Below are positions 26,934 through 36,309 of a stretch of 64,000 bases of DNA, piece after piece; the stretch's first letter is position 1; each line of letters begins with the position of its first letter. A model generated the notes under the pieces. That model searched no databases and was not told where the DNA came from. It worked only from the letters and a program-made list of their open reading frames with translations. The position numbers and the translations under genes are program-made. This DNA is from an uncultured beta proteobacterium (lineage in GTDB: Bacteria > Pseudomonadota > Gammaproteobacteria > Burkholderiales > Burkholderiaceae_F). Location: positions 15,085 through 79,084 of the forward strand of contig CAVTND010000008.1 in the NCBI GenBank assembly GCA_963735955.1, in the 5' to 3' direction.

Positions 26934-27665
26934 CTAACGCGGTCGCAGCACCCTGGGCGGGAAATAGGGCTTCTTCAGTGCGCGGCCCTGCCCCAGCACA
27001 AAGCCGGTCTGCTTGGCGAGGCGGAGCTGTTCCTCGCGTTCGATGCCGGCCAGCACGAAGGTCTCGCGAGTAAGGCCGAGAGAATTGACCTCGCGCGACA
27101 TTTCGAACCAGGTTTCCTCGCGCACCGAGATCGGTGCCAGCATCTTCGCGAAGTCCGGCGCCACGAAATCAATCGCACTCATCTCCATGCTGGCGCGTGG
27201 CTCGGCGAATCGGTAACCAACCGGAATCTGGTAGGAGCGCATCAGGGTGATGAACTCGCGTACGCGGTACGGCCAGCGCAAGCGCTCCATTGCGCCGCGC
27301 AGCAGCACCGAAAGGCGATGGGCGGTGGTCTTGTGCGCTTCAATGGTCTGGGCCAGTGATTCGAGCGAGCGTTCGATCGAACCGAACGAGATGGTCACGG
27401 CTATGCGATCAACGCGTTCGTGCTCCAGCATTGAAAACGCATGTTCCAGTGCGGCGAGCTGGATCTGTGCCCGCAGTGAGCGGTCCGGCTCGAAGTCGGC
27501 GGTCCAGACGTACAGCTCGTCGAACCAGCGCTGGGAGCCGACCAGCGTGCGCGTCGGCCATACGAGCGCACGCACGCGCGTGCCGAAGCGGCTGAGCGCG
27601 TCAACGGTCGGGTCGAGCTCGACCTGATGGGTTCCGAGTTCCGGACGTTGATCGATGTTGGACAT
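26934..27665 (-). CDS. Stand-alone degenerate EAL-like domain protein 1 (YdiV-sized)
   Basis: 243 aa counted from the ATG at 27665. Collinear with the EAL motif order but with catalytic positions replaced: RALVW for EALxR, VTISFG for the Asn strand, VLLRGA for ExxE, VGYRFAEPR for DDFGTG. LAGIE and GQG are retained. Confidence 0.6.
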   Translation of the reverse strand: MSNIDQRPELGTHQVELDPTVDALSRFGTRVRALVWPTRTLVGSQRWFDELYVWTADFEPDRSLRAQIQLAALEHAFSMLEHERVDRIAVTISFGSIERSLESLAQTIEAHKTTAHRLSVLLRGAMERLRWPYRVREFITLMRSYQIPVGYRFAEPRASMEMSAIDFVAPDFAKMLAPISVREETWFEMSREVNSLGLTRETFVLAGIEREEQLRLAKQTGFVLGQGRALKKPYFPPRVLRPR

Positions 27666-27738
27666 GTACGCAGTCGGCGCGGGGGCGCAAACGCGGAGCG
27701 ATTCTCGTTCATATTGGCCGTGGCGGCCAAGTCTGCGC

Positions 27739-28443
27739 CTAGTTCCTAGACGGTAGTAGTGGAGGTGGGTAGGGCATGCGGACGGCACGTCCCTGACCCA
27801 GTTCAAACCCGGCCTTGCTGGCGCTTTCGAGTTGCGCGCGGTTCTCGAGCGCTCCGGCAATCGTCGACTGGGTACTTAACCCCAGAGCGCGAACTTCCAG
27901 AGCAAGGTCGCTCCAGGCTTCCGCTCGCGTCGACGCTGGCGCGAGCACCTTCGCGAACGTCGGTTGAACGAGATCGACTCCGGACAATTCCATGCTGACG
28001 CGTGGTGCCGACAGTCGGTAGCCGAGCGGGTAGCGCCAGCCGCGCAACATGTCGGAGAACGCACGCAACCGATAGCGTGAGCGCAGCCGTTGCGGGGCCC
28101 CACGGAGCAGCACAAACATGCGATGCGCAAATAAGACGTTGTTCTCAAACAACTCCGTCAGTGGATCGAGCGTCCGTTCGACCGTGCCGAACGAGATCGT
28201 GACCCCGACCCGCTCGACCAGATCGAACTCCAGCCAACCAAACGCGTCGCGCAAGGCGCCGATCTGAATATTGGCGCGCTGCGTCGTGCTGGCGGCGCCT
28301 CCCTCGGTCCAGATATAAAGTTCGTCGAACCAGCGCTGATGCCCGACCAGAGAACGAGTTGGCCAAAGCGTGGCGCGCACCACGCCGCGAAAGCTGCCGG
28401 ACTGCTCGGCTGAAATCGATTGAGAAGTTCCCTGAGGGCTCAT
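27739..28443 (-). CDS. Stand-alone degenerate EAL-like domain protein 2 (paralogue)
   Basis: 234 aa counted from the ATG at 28443. Shares long strings with its neighbour (WPTR.LVG.QRWFDELY.WT, VTISFG, VLLRGA, LGQGRA..PY.PP). Confidence 0.6.
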   Translation of the reverse strand: MSPQGTSQSISAEQSGSFRGVVRATLWPTRSLVGHQRWFDELYIWTEGGAASTTQRANIQIGALRDAFGWLEFDLVERVGVTISFGTVERTLDPLTELFENNVLFAHRMFVLLRGAPQRLRSRYRLRAFSDMLRGWRYPLGYRLSAPRVSMELSGVDLVQPTFAKVLAPASTRAEAWSDLALEVRALGLSTQSTIAGALENRAQLESASKAGFELGQGRAVRMPYPPPLLPSRN

Positions 28444-28543
28444 GGTCAAGCTGTCGCGCAGGCCGTTCCGGCGCCTGATCGCGCGCTTCGGTATACCAAG
28501 AATCCGTCGTCGGCAATAGGGAAGATTACCCAAGCGGCCACTG

Positions 28544-29290
28544 TCATGGCGCGGGCGGCGGCTCGTAAGTCCCGAATTTCTCGATAACGCGCGACATCTC
28601 TTCGGACGACAGCGTGGGTGGCTCGCCGAGCAAGCGCGCTGAAAGGTAGATCCGCGCCAGTTGCTCGACCTCGATCGCCAGGGCCAGGGCTCGCTCGAGA
28701 TCGGTTCCACAGGCGATCACTCCATGATGTGCAAGCAGGCATGCGCGGCGTCCCTCCAGGGCCTCGAGCGCGCAATCCGACAATTCCTGCGACCCGAAGG
28801 TGGCGTATTTGGAGCATCGGATATCCCTGCCGCCGCCGACTGCCACCATGTAATGAAAAGCAGGCAGGCCGAGGTGCTGGCAGGCGAGAGCGGTGGCAGC
28901 CGGCGAATGGGTATGCACGATCGCGTGAAACTCCGGGCGGCTGCGGTAAATATCGCGGTGGAAGCGCCATTCCGAGGACGGTGCGCGCTGACCGATCGCA
29001 GCCCCTTGCTCGTCGACGAATACCAGGTCCTCGGTTCGCATACGGCGGTAGGAAAGCGCGGTCGGCGTGACCACAAACCCCTGCCGGGTCCCACGCACGC
29101 AGCGCGCCGAGACGTTTCCTGAGGTGTTGACGTTGATGCGTGCGGCGTTCATCGCACGGGCCGTGCGAATCAGGCCCCGCCGCAGTTCCTCATTGTCTTC
29201 GCGCGGCGCGTCGGCAGCCGAAGTGGCGTCGCTGGTCGACGCACCCGCCGGGAGCGAGCCCCCTTTCGGCCGGATCGGCGCTGCGGTCAT
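28544..29290 (-). CDS. Class II aldolase/adducin family protein (MtnB dehydratase or DHAP-shunt Ald2-type aldolase)
   Basis: NVNTSGNVSAR, HTHSP.A, LLAHHG..ACG: the metal-binding His pattern of the class II aldolase fold. Its start overlaps the mtnA stop (ATGA at 29287-29290). Confidence 0.8.
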   Translation of the reverse strand: MTAAPIRPKGGSLPAGASTSDATSAADAPREDNEELRRGLIRTARAMNAARINVNTSGNVSARCVRGTRQGFVVTPTALSYRRMRTEDLVFVDEQGAAIGQRAPSSEWRFHRDIYRSRPEFHAIVHTHSPAATALACQHLGLPAFHYMVAVGGGRDIRCSKYATFGSQELSDCALEALEGRRACLLAHHGVIACGTDLERALALAIEVEQLARIYLSARLLGEPPTLSSEEMSRVIEKFGTYEPPPAP

Positions 29291-30363
29291 GCCGCTGTCC
29301 TGCGCTCGGCGAAAAGCGATCGGAGTGCAGCGGGCGTGGTGATGCCCCGCTCCGTGATGATGCCGGTGACCAGCCGCGCAGGTGTCACATCGAAGGCGGG
29401 ATTGGCGGCGGCCGAGCTTGACAGGCAGACCGTCTGCACGACGCCGCTAGAGTCGACGCCGCTGACCTCCAGCACTTCGGCAGCACCGCGCTCCTCGATC
29501 GGAATCTCCGCGAGGTCGTCGAGATCCCAATCGATCGTCGGCGAGGGTACGGCCACGTAGAACGGCACGCCCGTGTCATGCGCCGCGAGTGCCTTGAGAT
29601 AGGTGCCAATCTTGTTGGCTACATCGCCGCCTGCGGTTACCCGGTCTGCCCCCACCAGTACCAGGTCAACATCCCCGCGCTGCATCAGATGACCCCCCGC
29701 GTTATCGACGATGAGGGTGTGCGGCACTCCGTGCGCGGCGAGTTCCCATGCCGTCAGCAGGCCCTGATTGCGCGGCCGCGTCTCATCGACCCAGACATGA
29801 AGCGGCACGCCAGCGTCGTGCGCTTCATACACAGCTGCCAGGGCTGTGCCGTAGTCGACCGTGGCCACCCAGCCGGCATTGCAATGGGTCAGGATCTGCA
29901 CCGCTTTTGCCGTGCGGCGATGAATCTGTGCAATCAGCTCGGCACCATGCCGGCCGATCGCGCGATTCAACTGAACGTCTTCGTCGGCGATGGCAGCAGC
30001 TTCACGCCACGCCGTCTCTACACGCTGGCCGATAGCCAGGGGCGCGAGCAGGGAGCGCATGCGCTCCAGTGTCCAGCGCAGGTTGACGGCTGTTGGCCGC
30101 GCCACCAACAGGCGCTTGCAGGCGCTCGCCAGCATTGGATCGCTCGCATCCGTGCGCAAGGCCAGTGCTACACCGTAGGCACCCGCGACCCCGATCAGCG
30201 GTGCACCGCGCACCGACATCGTGCGGATCGCTTCGATCACATCATCCAGCGTACCGAGCGTGCGGGTCGTGAAACTGTGCGGCAGGCATGTCTGATCGAT
30301 GATGCCGACCGCGCTTTCGCCGATCGGCCAGATCGAACGCATAGATCGGCCCTGCACCTTCAT
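29287..30363 (-). CDS. mtnA: S-methyl-5-thioribose-1-phosphate isomerase
   Basis: 358 aa. IDQT.LP, IRTM.VRGAP.IGV, NAGW.AT and VGADRVTAGGDVANKIGTY are typical of the MtnA/eIF-2B-related family. Confidence 0.9.
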   Translation of the reverse strand: MKVQGRSMRSIWPIGESAVGIIDQTCLPHSFTTRTLGTLDDVIEAIRTMSVRGAPLIGVAGAYGVALALRTDASDPMLASACKRLLVARPTAVNLRWTLERMRSLLAPLAIGQRVETAWREAAAIADEDVQLNRAIGRHGAELIAQIHRRTAKAVQILTHCNAGWVATVDYGTALAAVYEAHDAGVPLHVWVDETRPRNQGLLTAWELAAHGVPHTLIVDNAGGHLMQRGDVDLVLVGADRVTAGGDVANKIGTYLKALAAHDTGVPFYVAVPSPTIDWDLDDLAEIPIEERGAAEVLEVSGVDSSGVVQTVCLSSSAAANPAFDVTPARLVTGIITERGITTPAALRSLFAERRTAA

Positions 30364-30472
30364 GGCCTGATTCTACGGTTGCGCTTGTCTGATCTGCCGA
30401 CTGCGATTTCCGGATAGCTTGTGCGGTGCGAGTATGGTGCGCGCTGCGGCCGGCATGGCCGGGCCTCAGCAT

Positions 30473-31099
30473 TCAGTACCGGTAGGCGATGCCGAGGCTG
30501 TAGAGCTCGACGTCGAAGTCAGGATTGCGCCCGTCGTTACCCTTCGTACGGTCCCAGTCCACGCGAACCGTCCACGCCGAGCCGAAGTTATAGCCAAGGG
30601 CAACGCCGTAGATGAACTGACCGCTCGAGTCGCGGGTCGACGCGTCGTAATAGGTGATCACGCCGGTGGTGGTGTTCTGCACCGCGGCGTTGCCGGCGAC
30701 GCTGGCGGTCACGCCGGCATAACCCGCGCGACCATCGATGAATGCGGGGCCGAGCGGAAGGCGACCCACCACACTCAATGCGAACGCATAGGACTTGACG
30801 TCGGCCTGTCCGGTCAAGGAGGTCGTGCCGGCCGGCGGGTTGACGATATAGGCTGGGGACGAGCCATGCCCGAAGTTGAAGTAGCTGCCTTCTACGCCAA
30901 GGAACGGCAGGAACAGGTAGCCGGCGAACACCTTGCCGCCGAAGCCGGTGTCGTCGCACGAGAACTGCGGGGGAATGTTGTCGCAGATGCCGGAGTACTT
31001 GGAGCCGCCGAGTCCGGCTCCCAGGTATCCCTTGGGGTCCTGGCCGGCCGCGGCGGAAACCGCAATCAGCATCAAAGCCCCAGTCACCAATCGCTTCAT
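30473..31099 (-). CDS. Small outer-membrane beta-barrel protein (OmpA-like/OmpW-like porin family)
   Basis: Signal peptide MKRLVTGALMLIAVSAAAG. Alternating aromatic strands. C-terminal ...YSLGIAYRY. Confidence 0.7.
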   Translation of the reverse strand: MKRLVTGALMLIAVSAAAGQDPKGYLGAGLGGSKYSGICDNIPPQFSCDDTGFGGKVFAGYLFLPFLGVEGSYFNFGHGSSPAYIVNPPAGTTSLTGQADVKSYAFALSVVGRLPLGPAFIDGRAGYAGVTASVAGNAAVQNTTTGVITYYDASTRDSSGQFIYGVALGYNFGSAWTVRVDWDRTKGNDGRNPDFDVELYSLGIAYRY

Positions 31100-31274
31100 G
31101 TCTGCTCCTCGAGAGTGGTCGAAGCCAGTCTAGACGGCAGGCGTAGCGCCTTCAAGCTGAAAACGGCAGGTAGAGCCGGCCAGTTCAGGCGAAGCATTCG
31201 TGGTTCCGTGCAATCATGCCGCCCGATACGGCCACGATCGACACGCCGAAATCACATTTCTGAAATACCTGTGA

Positions 31275-32204
31275 GTGTCCATGTCACGACTTCGTAATCT
31301 CGATTGTTCCCGGCTGGCGGTGTTCCTGGCGACGGTCCTCCTCGGCCTGCTCTTTTCTGCTGCCCAGGCACAGGCACCGACGACACAGCGTGGCTTCATG
31401 TGGGAGATTCGCAAGGGCACCCAGTCAGCGCTATTGATGGGGACGATCCATGTCGGGCGGCCCGAGTTCTACCCCTTGCCGGCACCACAGCTGGCCCGCC
31501 TCAATGCAATTGACGCCATAGTGCTCGAAGCCGACGTGACCGATGCCGCGCGTGCGATAGCGGCAACCCAGAAATATGCGGTGTATGGACAAGGCGAAGC
31601 GGGCCTGGACACACGGCTGCCGGCGGAGCTCAAGGGCCGGATCGAATCGATCATGACACGCAACGGACTCGACCCGGCTCCGATGTGGCGCATGAAGCCG
31701 TGGATGCTTGCCACCGTGCTTGCCTTGTTCGAGGCCGCACAAGCCGGCTACATGCCCGCGCTGTCCGTCGAGGCTTATCTGACGCGGGTCGCACGGGAGT
31801 CCGGCAAGCCGATCCGGGAACTGGAAGGTATCGACTTGCAGTTCGAGCTGTTCGAGGGCGCGAGCTGGAACACACAAGTTGCATTTCTCGATGAAGCGGT
31901 CAACGCGGTCGAAAACAAATCGGCGCGGCGCGAGATCAACCGCATCACGCAAGCCTGGGAGACCAGTGATCGGGCCGCGCTCGAGCGACTCTATTCAGAG
32001 ATGCGTGCGCAGACCTCCCCCGGGGCGCGCTTCACGGTCGACACCATCCTGCTGAGCCGGCATCCGGCGATGGTCCAGCGGATCGAAGCGATGATGGGCG
32101 ACGGCAAGCGTTACGCATTTGCGGTGGGCTCTTTGCATATGGCCGGCCCGCAGGGGCTGGTCGAACTGTTGCGTGCGCGCGGGTACACCGTAACTCCGCT
32201 GTAA
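31275..32204 (+). CDS. TraB/GumN family protein
   Basis: Signal peptide followed by FMWEIRKG.....LMGTIHVG, the characteristic GumN N-terminal motif. About 300 aa. Confidence 0.75.
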   Translation: MSMSRLRNLDCSRLAVFLATVLLGLLFSAAQAQAPTTQRGFMWEIRKGTQSALLMGTIHVGRPEFYPLPAPQLARLNAIDAIVLEADVTDAARAIAATQKYAVYGQGEAGLDTRLPAELKGRIESIMTRNGLDPAPMWRMKPWMLATVLALFEAAQAGYMPALSVEAYLTRVARESGKPIRELEGIDLQFELFEGASWNTQVAFLDEAVNAVENKSARREINRITQAWETSDRAALERLYSEMRAQTSPGARFTVDTILLSRHPAMVQRIEAMMGDGKRYAFAVGSLHMAGPQGLVELLRARGYTVTPL

Positions 32205-32242
32205 CCAGTCCCGAAGTAGCGGGGAGGCAAACCGTAAAGGCG

Positions 32243-32947
32243 ATGAGACGGAGCTTCGGACTGGATGAGCACCTTCCCGTCACATTGGGTGGTGAACTCG
32301 CGCGCCTGCTGCCGGAGGGCGCCTTGTTGCTCGAGTCGCGTCGATGGCTGGTGATCGCCGATGCTCACTTCGGCAAGGGTGCGGCGTTTCGTGCGCGCGG
32401 AGTGCCGGTACCGCTAGGATCGACCGCGGCTACCCTGCAGCGACTTGACTTCCTGATTGAGCGCGAACAGCCGGATGTCGTGGTGTTTCTCGGCGATCTG
32501 TTCCATGCGCGGGAGTCGCATTCAGACGCGACGCTGTCCGCTCTGTATGCCTGGCGCGCGCGACATGCTGCCCTTGGACTGATATTGGTCGAGGGCAATC
32601 ACGATCTCGCCGCGGGCCCACCGCCGGCGCAACTTCGTCTGCAGGTAGAGACCGAACCATGGCGGCTTGGGTCAATCGCGTTCTGCCATCACCCGCAACG
32701 ACTTGACGATGTGATTGTGCTGGCGGGACATTTGCATCCGGCCGTGCGCCTTGTCGGCCGTGCCGGCGACAGTTTGCGACTGCCGTGTTTCTGGCTACGG
32801 CATGGTCTTGCCATCTTGCCGGCGTTTGGTTGCTTCACCGGCTCTGCCTGTATCGAACGGGAGGCAGGCGACCGCGTGATTGCGATTGCCGAAAGGCGAC
32901 TGTACGAAATTCCGTCGACTCAGGCTCAGGCGGCGACGGTGTCCTGA
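32243..32947 (+). CDS. pdeM: Ligase-associated DNA-damage-response endonuclease/metallophosphoesterase PdeM
   Basis: LVIADAHFGKGAAFRARGVPVP, VVFLGDLFH, LVEGNHD, GHLHP: calcineurin-like motifs in the PdeM arrangement. 234 aa. Confidence 0.8.
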   Translation: MRRSFGLDEHLPVTLGGELARLLPEGALLLESRRWLVIADAHFGKGAAFRARGVPVPLGSTAATLQRLDFLIEREQPDVVVFLGDLFHARESHSDATLSALYAWRARHAALGLILVEGNHDLAAGPPPAQLRLQVETEPWRLGSIAFCHHPQRLDDVIVLAGHLHPAVRLVGRAGDSLRLPCFWLRHGLAILPAFGCFTGSACIEREAGDRVIAIAERRLYEIPSTQAQAATVS

Positions 32948-33753
32948 CCACGGAACAGGTACGCGTCCATCGCCAGTACCGCGCTGTCGGTTCCGGCGTC
33001 GAGGTGTTCGACGCGAGGGTGCGCGCCGGCCGCGCCGAGCGCCACAAAGAGCGGCAGGAAATGTTCGGGCGTCGGGTGCGCGCGCACGGCGTGAGGCGCT
33101 AGCTCTCGCCAGCGTAAAAGCCTCGTGCGGTCGTCGTTCCTCAGCGCCTCATCGATCCAGTGTCGAAATTCCTCGACATAGGGTGCCGCCGCACCTTCGG
33201 CGATCGCCATCGAACCGCGCGCGCGCGCGGCGCTGATCCATTCGCCCAGATTGTGTGTCATATGGCCTGAGCCGATGATCAGCACGTTCTCCGTGGTCAA
33301 GGGCGCCAGCGCAGAGCCGATCCGCAGGTGATGATCAGCACCGAGGGAAGGCTGGATCGAGACCTGCGCCACCGGGATGTCGGCGCCCGGAAACATTCGC
33401 CGCAATGGCACCCAGGCGCCATGGTCCAGTCCACGGCAGCTGTTGGCGGTCGCACCCAGTCCGGCATTACGCAGAAGTTCAACCGCCCGCGTTCCGATCG
33501 CGCGCGCGCCCGGCGCCGGGTAGCGAATCTTGTACAGCTCCTCCGGAAAGCCGCCGAAGTCGTGAATTGTTTCTGGCTGTGCTGAGGTAGCCACCATCGG
33601 CAGCTCGGTTTCCCAGTGAGCCGATGCGATCAGCACGGCGGACGGCCGTGCCAGGCGTGCTCCAAGGGATGCCCACAGTTCGCCGCCTCGCCCCGCCTCG
33701 ACGGCGTGCATGGGCGAGCCGTGCGAGAGGAAGACGGTCGGGAGCGCATTCAT
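32926..33753 (-). CDS. ygiD: 4,5-DOPA dioxygenase extradiol-like (class III extradiol dioxygenase, YgiD)
   Basis: MNALPTVFLSHGSPM..., SAHWE, IIGSGHMTHNL. Start taken at the internal ATG 33753. The 3' end overlaps pdeM by 22 nt (convergent). Confidence 0.85.
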   Translation of the reverse strand: MNALPTVFLSHGSPMHAVEAGRGGELWASLGARLARPSAVLIASAHWETELPMVATSAQPETIHDFGGFPEELYKIRYPAPGARAIGTRAVELLRNAGLGATANSCRGLDHGAWVPLRRMFPGADIPVAQVSIQPSLGADHHLRIGSALAPLTTENVLIIGSGHMTHNLGEWISAARARGSMAIAEGAAAPYVEEFRHWIDEALRNDDRTRLLRWRELAPHAVRAHPTPEHFLPLFVALGAAGAHPRVEHLDAGTDSAVLAMDAYLFRGQDTVAA

Positions 33754-33881
33754 GGAATTTCCTTCGCCAGCGACAACGGCAGTCCGGCCTCGCATAGAAC
33801 GATATGCCGAGACAGCGAACAGGCGCCGCGCGAGTGAAACAGTTTCATTGGAGATCCTAGAGCAGGGTATTGAAAAGTGGT

Positions 33882-34307
33882 TCAGGCAGTGCGCAACTGG
33901 ATTGCGCGGTGCCCAAATGCACGCGACAGTGCAAAGGCGCCGTCGCCGAGCAGGGCTTGCACGAGCGCTGCCACTGTCAGGAACGCCGGGTACTCCCAGC
34001 CGCCGTTGGGCGCGGTGAACAACCAGCCATTCCCGGCGTGGGCCCAGGTGGCGCCCAGCAGGACCGGAATGATTAGCGCTGCGACCCAGCGTGTTCCGAG
34101 CCCAAGCAGAAGCAGAGTTCCGCCGACCAATTCTGCGGCGAAGGTCAGGTAGGCCAGAACGGCGGGAAGACCGAGGGATTGAAAGAACTGTGCCGTGCCT
34201 GGCAGCGTGAAAACCAGCAATTTGAGCAGCGCGTGTGCAATCAGCATGACGCCGAGAGCGATGCGGAGGGTCAGGGCGGCGTAAGGCGCCGTGCGGGAAT
34301 CAACCAT
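33882..34307 (-). CDS. DoxX family membrane protein
   Basis: 141 aa with four hydrophobic helices. Contains LRIALGVMLIAHALLKL and a GNGW motif. Divergent from a LysR gene. Confidence 0.75.
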   Translation of the reverse strand: MVDSRTAPYAALTLRIALGVMLIAHALLKLLVFTLPGTAQFFQSLGLPAVLAYLTFAAELVGGTLLLLGLGTRWVAALIIPVLLGATWAHAGNGWLFTAPNGGWEYPAFLTVAALVQALLGDGAFALSRAFGHRAIQLRTA

Positions 34308-34434
34308 CGTTTGGACTCCTTGGTTAGGTTGGCTCGGCGTTCGCCGCCGGTGAGACGAACTCTATTGCTTGTACTTTGTGGAATAAATAGACTCTAGAGG
34401 AATTGTTTATCCCTGATTTAAGGATAATTAGGCT

Positions 34435-35370
34435 GTGGATCGTTGGGCCGCGATGCGGGCATTCGTTTCAGTTGTCGAGCAGGGGAGCTTTGTCGCCGCC
34501 GCTGCTCGCCTTGGAGTCTCAACTTCAGCGCTCTCGCGACAGGTCGCTGACCTTGAGGAGCATCTGGGTGCCCGTTTATTGAACCGAACCACGCGTCGCC
34601 TGTCCTTGACCGAAGGCGGCCAGGCGTTCTTCGAGCGCAGCGTCCCGCTGCTGAACGAGCTAGACGAGGCGGAAGCCATTGTCAGCCAGTCCGCGGCGAC
34701 CCCCCGTGGAACGCTGAAGTTGACCTGTTCGAACAGCCTGGCGCAGCAGTTGATTGCACCCGCCATCGCGCGCTTCGCCGAGCTGTACCCTGACGTGAAC
34801 TTCGACCTCGTGGTGGCCGACCGCCTGATTGATCTGGTCGACGAAGGATTTGATCTCGCCATCCGGGCAGGAAAGGTCGGCAGTGACCAGCTAGTCGCGC
34901 GACGCCTGGGCGGCATGGAGCTGCTGGTATGTGCGTCGCCGGCCTACCTAGCGACGCATGGAACGCCTGAAACTCCTGCAGAACTGGCTGGGCACAGCAC
35001 GCTTACCTATGCGTATGCGAGCACTCCCGGGATCTGGCAGCTGTCGGGAGCCGGCGGCGAACATGAGGTGCGAGTCGGTGGCAGGCTACACGCCAATAGC
35101 GGCGAAGCCCTGATCGCCGCTGCGGTGGCCGGCCTGGGCATCGTCTGTGAACCCGACTTCATGGTTGCGTCTGCACTTGCCGACGGTCGACTGGTACGCC
35201 TGCTTGCGCGCTACCGGGCGATGCGCGGTGACATCTGGGCGGTCTATCCCAGCCGTCGGCACCTGTCACAGAAAGTGCGACTCTTCGTCGATCACCTGAG
35301 CTTGATTTTTGCTTCCAGCCCGCTGGGATCCCCGGTCACGCCGCAGACTTTCCCTGTGTCGCATCAGTAG
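34435..35370 (+). CDS. LysR family transcriptional regulator
   Basis: (M)DRWAAMRAFVSVVEQGSFVAAAARLGVSTSALSRQVADLEEHLGARLLNRTTR is a canonical LysR HTH. GTG start. AT-rich divergent intergenic region with an imperfect GGAATAAA..TTTATCC repeat. Confidence 0.9.
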   Translation: MDRWAAMRAFVSVVEQGSFVAAAARLGVSTSALSRQVADLEEHLGARLLNRTTRRLSLTEGGQAFFERSVPLLNELDEAEAIVSQSAATPRGTLKLTCSNSLAQQLIAPAIARFAELYPDVNFDLVVADRLIDLVDEGFDLAIRAGKVGSDQLVARRLGGMELLVCASPAYLATHGTPETPAELAGHSTLTYAYASTPGIWQLSGAGGEHEVRVGGRLHANSGEALIAAAVAGLGIVCEPDFMVASALADGRLVRLLARYRAMRGDIWAVYPSRRHLSQKVRLFVDHLSLIFASSPLGSPVTPQTFPVSHQ

Positions 35371-35484
35371 TGAAGCGCCTCTAGATCCCCCACTTGACCG
35401 GCCGGGATCCGGAACGAATAGTACGAACGTTCGTTTTTGTGGCATTCTCCGCTCCCCAACAGAAATCCGAACTGTCGCTTGCGT

Positions 35485-36309
35485 ATGCCGATCTCCTCCG
35501 CCCTTTCGACTATTGCCGCTGCCTTGCAACCGGGCGCGCCGCGCCAGCGCAAGGGCGAGGTCACGCGGGCGGCGATTGTCGATGCTGCCTTGGCGCTGGC
35601 CGCACGTGACGGACTCGAAGGCCTGACGATCGGCACACTTGCCGACCAGATGCGAATGAGCAAGAGCGGACTGTTCGCGCACTTCGGCTCGCGCGAGGAG
35701 CTGCAGCTGGCGGTCCTTCAAGAGTACGTGCAGCGTTTCATCGATGCCGTACTACGCCCGGCGATCACGAAGCCGCGCGGCCTGCCTCGCCTGGAAACCC
35801 TGCTAGAACGCTGGCTTGCTTTCCTTGCACGCGAGCTCGCGCAGGGCTGCATCATGATCGCCGGCTCGGTGGAGTACGACGACCGTCCGGGACCCCTGCG
35901 CGAGCGCATGGTCGCGATCATCACCGGGTGGAAGGGCGAACTGCTGAAAGCGATTCGCCAGGCCGTCGTCGAAGGCCAGCTGCGGCCCGACGTAGACGCG
36001 CATCAGATGGTGTTCGAGTTGTACGGCCTGGTGCTGGCGCTGCATCAGGATGCGCGCTTGCTGCGCTCATCGGACAGTCTGCGCCGGGCGCGCGCAGGTG
36101 TCGCGCGCTTGCTTAATAACGCGCGTGCACCGCTTGCGGCGGACCCAATCCGGAAAGCTCGCGGTCGGCGCGGAATTCCGCGCGGTCCGCCTCGTCGAGC
36201 GTCTCGAGGAAGTTGTCGCGCGGCGCTCGAGGCCGCGCGAAATAGTTCAAGGAGAAGTCATGCCCATTTACAAGGCTCCGTTCCGCGACCAGCAGTTTGT
36301 GTTGCATGA
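35485..36309 (+). CDS. TetR/AcrR family transcriptional regulator (3' end uncertain)
   Basis: RKGEVTRAAIVDAALALAARDGLEGLTIGTLADQMRMSKSGLFAHFGSREELQ is a TetR HTH. As sequenced, the frame runs through the palindrome and SD of the next gene with an Arg-rich tail. A TAATAA double stop at 36114-36119 lies in another frame, so the real end may be near 36116. Confidence 0.8.
   Translation: MPISSALSTIAAALQPGAPRQRKGEVTRAAIVDAALALAARDGLEGLTIGTLADQMRMSKSGLFAHFGSREELQLAVLQEYVQRFIDAVLRPAITKPRGLPRLETLLERWLAFLARELAQGCIMIAGSVEYDDRPGPLRERMVAIITGWKGELLKAIRQAVVEGQLRPDVDAHQMVFELYGLVLALHQDARLLRSSDSLRRARAGVARLLNNARAPLAADPIRKARGRRGIPRGPPRRASRGSCRAALEAARNSSRRSHAHLQGSVPRPAVCVA
36168..36183. promoter_or_regulatory. 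16-bp perfect palindrome, candidate TetR operator upstream of the acyl-CoA dehydrogenase gene
   Basis: GCGCGGAATTCCGCGC lies 77 nt upstream of ATG 36260, which has an AAGGAG SD 6 nt before it. The assignment as an operator is inference only. Confidence 0.3.

Noticed and set aside
8250-32242. The 24 kb between the helicase and pdeM, considered as a classical genomic island.
   Set aside because: I could see no integrase, tRNA, direct repeats at the borders or obvious compositional break. The content is ordinary chromosomal genes. Rearrangement remains possible (see findings), but an island call is unsupported.
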